DNA from: Myxococcales bacterium
GTDB lineage: Bacteria > Myxococcota_A > UBA9042 > JABWCM01 > BTVJ01
Assembly (NCBI GenBank): GCA_045863395.1
Contig: BTVJ01000109.1
Location: 1-21,923, forward strand
Reading direction: 5' to 3'
Length of the DNA stretch: 21,923 nucleotides
Made by a program: the position numbers and the translations under genes. Under the pieces are notes generated by a model that was not told the origin of the DNA, ran no database searches, and saw nothing but the letters and a program-made list of their open reading frames with translations. Positions 17,709-21,923 of this stretch are shown piece after piece; positions within the stretch are counted from its first letter, which is position 1, and every line of letters starts with the position of its first letter.

Positions 17709-17904
17709 GAGGTCCTACAGCAGCCACGACGTGATCAGCCTCCTCATCGCCAACGGCTGGGACCTTGATCGCGTCAGTGGTTCGCACCACCAGTTCCGAC
17801 ATCCGGAGAAGGCCAACACCGTGACGGTGCCCCACCCGCGCTAGGACCTGGGGCGCGGGCTGGTGAAGGCCATCTTCAAGCAGGCGGGCATCGAGCCCTC
17901 CTAG
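17707..17904 (+). pseudogene. hicA: HicA-family mRNA interferase toxin with in-frame TAG at codon 46 (absent from the ORF track)
   Basis: Manual translation: MRSYSSHDVISLLIANGWDLDRVSGSHHQFRHPEKANTVTVPHPR*DLGRGLVKAIFKQAGIEPS*. GSH motif, VTVPHP..DL and IFKQAG are HicA hallmarks. Lies directly upstream of hicB. Confidence 0.9.
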
Positions 17905-17933
17905 CGGGGCGTGAAGCCCCAGGAGACGACCTG

Positions 17934-18341
17934 ATGCGCTACTACCTTGCGGCAGTGGAGCTCGCAGGTGACGGCACCTACTGCATGGTCTTTCCAGACC
18001 TCCCGGGCTGTACGTCCGCCGCAGATACACTCGACGAGTGTGTCTCCATGGCGACCGAGGCGGCCGAGGGCTGGGTGGAATCGATGCTGGACGCCGGCCA
18101 ACGGATCCCGAGGCCACGCGAACTCTCGGCCGTCAAGGCGGACCCCGACATGGCCGACTTCGACACGTTCATCGTGGTACCCGTCCGCGTCCGGGAACCA
18201 GCGGTACGAGTCACGTTCACCATCGACCCGGGCCTTCTTCAGCGCATCGACACGGAGGCCAGCCGCCGCGGCTTCAACCGGTCGGCGTTTCTGGCGGAGG
18301 GCGCGCGAGCGCTCCTGGGCGAGGGGCGGCACAACAGGTAG
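17934..18341 (+). CDS. hicB: HicB-family antitoxin with C-terminal ribbon-helix-helix
   Basis: AGGAG RBS. YCMVFPDLPGCTSAADTLDE...IPRP; C-terminal VRVTFTIDPGLLQRID...NRSAFLAEGA. Confidence 0.92.
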   Translation: MRYYLAAVELAGDGTYCMVFPDLPGCTSAADTLDECVSMATEAAEGWVESMLDAGQRIPRPRELSAVKADPDMADFDTFIVVPVRVREPAVRVTFTIDPGLLQRIDTEASRRGFNRSAFLAEGARALLGEGRHNR

Positions 18342-18355
18342 GCCGTTCGGCGTCG

Positions 18356-19141
18356 TCACGGTGCGAAGACTACCGGGGCGCCGTCTTCCAAAGAGCCCAG
18401 CGCGGCCCACGCGCCACTCGCGATCTCGAACGCCGCCATCCCATAGGCCGCGGCGATGGCGGCTGCGACGCCTGAGGCCGCGGCCTCGACCTCCGGGGCG
18501 TGGCCCAGCTCCCGCTCGACCGACGTCATGACGTCGGCTGCCAGCCCGCAGGGGCGGATGTGGGCGAACCCGCGGAGGTCCACGCTCAGGTTGACCGCCG
18601 CGCCGTGGGCCGTGACGTCGCGGTGGACGTGGACGCCCACCGAGGCGACCTTCCTCGGGAGGGACCCGTCGGTCCAGACGCCGGGCTCCGCGTCACTCCA
18701 GCGCGCCAGGACGCCGATCTCCCGGAGCCACGCGGCGATGCCCGACGCCAGGCGCATGACGTGCTCGCGCGGGCCGAGGCGGCGGCGGCGCAGGCAGAGC
18801 ACCGGCCACGCGACGAGCTGACCCGGGGCGTGCCAGGTCAGGTGACCGCCGCGGGTGCTCTGCTCCACCACGATGCCCTGCCTGGCGAGGTCTTTGTCGC
18901 TTGCGAGCAGGCCCGCCCGGTCGCCGTTGCGCCCGATGGTGATCGTCGGCGGGTGCTCCAGGAGCAGCAGGCGCTCGGGGCCGCGGCCCGCCAGCAAGGA
19001 CTCTCGGGCGTGCTCCTGGAGACGGGCCGCGTCGGCGTAGGCGATGCGCCCGAGCCAGGTCCAATGGAGGACGTCGGCTCGGCCAACGTCAGGGTGTGAT
19101 GTCTCGAACGAGGGCACCGGCGGCTCCACGAGCAGCTCCAC
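18356..19141 (-). CDS. lipB: Lipoyl(octanoyl) transferase LipB
   Basis: LLLLEHPPTITIGR, RGGHLTWHAPGQLVAWP, RKVASVG, TAHGAAVN, IRPCGL. Start codon uncertain. Confidence 0.92.
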   Translation of the reverse strand: MELLVEPPVPSFETSHPDVGRADVLHWTWLGRIAYADAARLQEHARESLLAGRGPERLLLLEHPPTITIGRNGDRAGLLASDKDLARQGIVVEQSTRGGHLTWHAPGQLVAWPVLCLRRRRLGPREHVMRLASGIAAWLREIGVLARWSDAEPGVWTDGSLPRKVASVGVHVHRDVTAHGAAVNLSVDLRGFAHIRPCGLAADVMTSVERELGHAPEVEAAASGVAAAIAAAYGMAAFEIASGAWAALGSLEDGAPVVFAP

Positions 19142-19198
19142 GGCATGGTTGCCTCAAAAGACCAGCCCGCCCGCAGGCGACCCGGAGCCCCGCATCCG

Positions 19199-19227
19199 TT
19201 GATGCGCGGCGGGCACCATGCTAGCGT
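19199..19227 (+). promoter_or_regulatory. Possible sigma70-type promoter for the large lipoprotein gene
   Basis: TTGATG, 17 nt spacer, TAGCGT with a TGn extension, upstream of GTG 19250. Confidence 0.45.
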
Positions 19228-19329
19228 AACGGGCCTTGCTGGCAAGCGGGTGTTCGACTGCCGTCACCTCGCGGGGACACGCGCGCCGCTGAGGCGCCTC
19301 TCAGGCCACCACAGCTCAGCCGTTCCCGT

Positions 19330-19363
19330 CGTGGCGCTCGTGGCGCTCGTGGCGCTCGTGGCG
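19330..19363 (+). repeat. 9 bp tandem repeat (CGTGGCGCT)x3 plus a partial copy, in the signal peptide
   Basis: Encodes VALVALVALVA just before the lipidated Cys. Confidence 0.8.
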
Positions 19364-21750
19364 TGCGCCGCCCCCAACCACAGCCCCACACTCGACCCCG
19401 TGCCGGACCAGAAGGTCGCGGTGGGAGAGGAGCTGGACGTGCTGCTCACGGGGCGCGACCCCGACGGCGATCCCCTGCGCTTCAGCCTGGCGACGGGCCC
19501 CAAGGGGGCGGCTGTCTTCGAGGTCGGGAGCAGCGCCTTCTTCCGGTGGGCGCCGCTGATCAACCAGGTGGAGCCGGGAGGGACGTCCTTCACAGCCACG
19601 GTGCGCGTCGAGGACGGCAACGGCGGGAGCGCCGAGCGGACGTTCAGCATCTTCGCGTACCCAGAGGGCGGGACCCCGGTGTTCCTCAACCCGAGCGGCT
19701 TCGTGGTCAACCTGGCGTACTCGACGCGCGTCGCCTTCCTCGTGGAGGTGAAGGACGACGACACGGACGCCGCCAACATGGTGCTGCGCCTGGTCAGCGG
19801 CATCGAGGGCGCCGAGTTCAACCTGATCAACGGCAAGCAGGCGTCCTTCTACTGGAAGCCGACGCCGGTTCAGATCGCGCAGAGCAGCTACTGGTCCGTA
19901 GTCGTGGGCGCCGACGACGGGGTGCACCCGGAGGTGCAGCAGGCGATCTCCATCATCCTGCTCAACGGCGAGGCCGGCCACTGCCAGGGGAGCCCGCCGA
20001 GCGTCCAGCACGTGCCCCTCGGAGACATGCACGGGGGCGCGGGCTACGAGGTGAGCGCCGAGGCCACCGACCAGGACACGCTGGTCGCGTCCATGACGCT
20101 GCTCTGGTCGCCCAAAGAGGCCACCGACGCCCAGATGACGGCAGTACCCATGAAGATGGTCGACGGGCTGTGGCGGGGGACCATCCCGGCGCCGGCGCTG
20201 TCAGGGACGCAGACCGCCACCCTCCGCTATGCGCTCGTGGCGCGCGACAACGACGACATCACCGGGACCGCGTGCGACCATGAGACGCGCCACCCGAAGG
20301 CCGGGGTCCACGCGTTCTGGGCCTACGCCCCCGGCAACGAGGGAGCCTGCGCCGAAGACGGCCTGGAGCCCAACGACACCGCGGATCAGGCGTCGCCGCT
20401 GGTGCCCGGCCAGACCCTGCTGCGGGCGTGCGGCGGGGACGACGACTGGTTCTCGATCGCGGTCGGTGCCGGGCAGACCCTGTCCGCGTCGGCGCGGTGG
20501 GAGCCAACCCACGGGACGCTGGACCTGACCCTCGTCGATGGCGCCGGGACCAAGCTGGGTGAGGCACAGGGGACCCCGGGCCAACCCCTCGTCTGGGGCC
20601 CCGCCCAAGGCGACGACCACGCTGCTGCTGCGGGCCCGGTCCCCGGCCGGGACCGCCATGGCCTTCACCCTGTCCGTGGATCTGTCGGACCAGACGTGCA
20701 CCGACGACCCGCTGGAGCCCAACGCCGGACCGCTGGCGGCGCACCCGCTGACACCCGGCATCACGGACGGGCTCGTGATCTGCCCCGACGACCACGACTG
20801 GAACGCCATCCAGGCCAGCGCGGGTCAGGTGCTGACCATCGCCGTGCTCTTCGACCACGCGGTCGGGGACCTGGACGCCGTGCTGTACGCACCAGATGGC
20901 CTGACCCCCGTCGCGCCCTCCACCACCCAGACCAGCGACGAGAGCATCACCTTCGAGATCCCCCAGACCGGCACATGGCTCCTGGAGGTCCGCGGCTTCG
21001 AGGGCCAGAGCAACGCCTACGAGCTGGCCGTCTCCCTGGCGGCGGCGGGGGACGTGTGCTCCGAGGACATCCTGGCGCCCAACCAGACCCCGGAGAAGGC
21101 CGCGACGCTTCCGGCCGGCGCCTGGAGCGGCCTGACCGCCTGCCCCGGCACCAGCGACTGGTTCGCCTACGGGCTCAACGGAGGCGAGACCCTGTTCGCC
21201 CTCGCACAAGCCCCAGCGCCCCTGAAGGTGCGCCTGTATGCGGGCGACACGGTGATTGGGGAGAGCGGCAGCGACGCCGATGGCTCCTGGGGACAGGCCG
21301 TCATCCAGAAGTCCGGGAAGACCCTGATCGAGGTGCGCAACGAGGGCACCGCGCCTGCACCCTACACCTTCGCGCTGGCGGTGACCGAGCCGGACGGGCC
21401 GTGCAAGGACGACCGCTTCGAGCCCAACGACACGCCGCCCCAGGGCCCGACCATCGAGCCCGGCGTGCTGACCCGCGGCAAGGTGTGCGGGAGCAACACC
21501 GACTGGTACCGGGTGTTCATCGGGGGCTTCGAGACGGCCACCCTCTGGCTGCTGTTCGATCACGGCGCGGGCGACCTGGACCTGCGGCTCTACGACGTGG
21601 ACGGGAAGCTCATCGGGGGGAGCACGTCGACGACGGACGACGAGCTGGTGGAGGCATTGGTGGACAAGGGGGGTTACTACTACGTCGAGGTGTGCGGCAA
21701 GGGAGCCGTGAGCAACGCCTACGACCTGGTCTTCTTCGCCGAGGACTCAG

Positions 21751-21876
21751 ATGGGACGGTGGTTGATGGCGCTGGCGCTCGTCGCGCTGGCGGGGTGCCG
21801 TGCAGAGGAGGGCGTGGAGTGCGCCCTCGACACGGACTGCGAGGGGGGGCTCCTGTGCCACCCGTTCAGCGGATAG
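21751..21876 (+). pseudogene. N-terminal fragment of a Cys-rich lipoprotein (41 aa)
   Basis: GAGGA RBS then MGRWLMALALVALAG|CRAEEGVECALDTDCEGGLLCHPFSG*. Good lipobox and the start of a C-x4-DC-x5-C module that ends abruptly. Confidence 0.65.
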
Positions 21877-21921
21877 GAGATTTCATCGCGGTTTCGGGTT
21901 GCGGATAGGCGGGCGGATAGG
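21869..21921 (+). repeat. Three direct copies of GCGGATAGG
   Basis: Copies at 21869-21877, 21901-21909 and 21913-21921. Confidence 0.75.
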
Positions 21922-21923
21922 CG

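Larger units (their letters stand above)
19250..21908 (+). pseudogene. Large surface lipoprotein (cadherin/Ig-like domains plus four EPND/PPC-like modules), frameshifted near 20600
   Basis: Lipobox VALVA|C, NHSPTL...DPDGDPL cadherin-like repeat. Protein-like sequence follows ORF 19145..21766 up to about 20600, then ORF 20538..21908. The true end is probably about 21749. Confidence 0.8.

Noticed and set aside
19139..19160. ATG with a GAGG RBS just upstream of lipB but out of frame, hinting at another frameshift
   Set aside because: In-frame GTG starts exist and the region precedes the conserved domain, so it cannot be supported.
40..21861. Many long Arg/Pro/Gly/Ala-rich alternative-frame and antisense ORFs (e.g. 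2341..3819, 6855..8441, 11538..12905, 20259..21563)
   Set aside because: Shadow ORFs expected in high-GC DNA; they overlap genes with clear motifs and have none themselves.
1..21923. CRISPR array, tRNA, rRNA, integrase or transposase
   Set aside because: No regularly spaced repeats, cloverleaf, rRNA-like tract or recombinase motif was recognised by eye.

Overview
GC-rich bacterial DNA. The many Cys-rich lipoproteins, the Hanks-type kinase and the CheR-TPR suggest a Myxococcota-like organism (inference). Gene order: VWA lipoprotein (-), cheR-TPR and cheW (-), DUF2804-like (+), DUF4256-like (+), a lipoprotein with a candidate Cys-His papain-like domain (-), Ser/Thr kinase (+), a lower-GC pair of a small Cys-rich lipoprotein and an S8 subtilase (-), a STAND/AAA-TPR regulator followed by GST-like, VAO/PCMH-family FAD oxidoreductase and DUF2938-like genes (+), an Ig-like lipoprotein (+), hicA-hicB (+), lipB (-), a large cadherin/PPC-repeat lipoprotein (+) and a truncated small lipoprotein at the right edge. 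No rRNA, tRNA, CRISPR array or transposase was recognised. Signals the ORF track misses or misreads: a hicA toxin with an in-frame TAG, a second in-frame TAG just after the subtilase signal-like leader, a +1 frameshift and an apparently lost stop in the PPC-repeat gene, and a triple GCGGATAGG repeat at the right edge that may be a mobile-element end. All family names come from motif recognition by eye; no database search was run.
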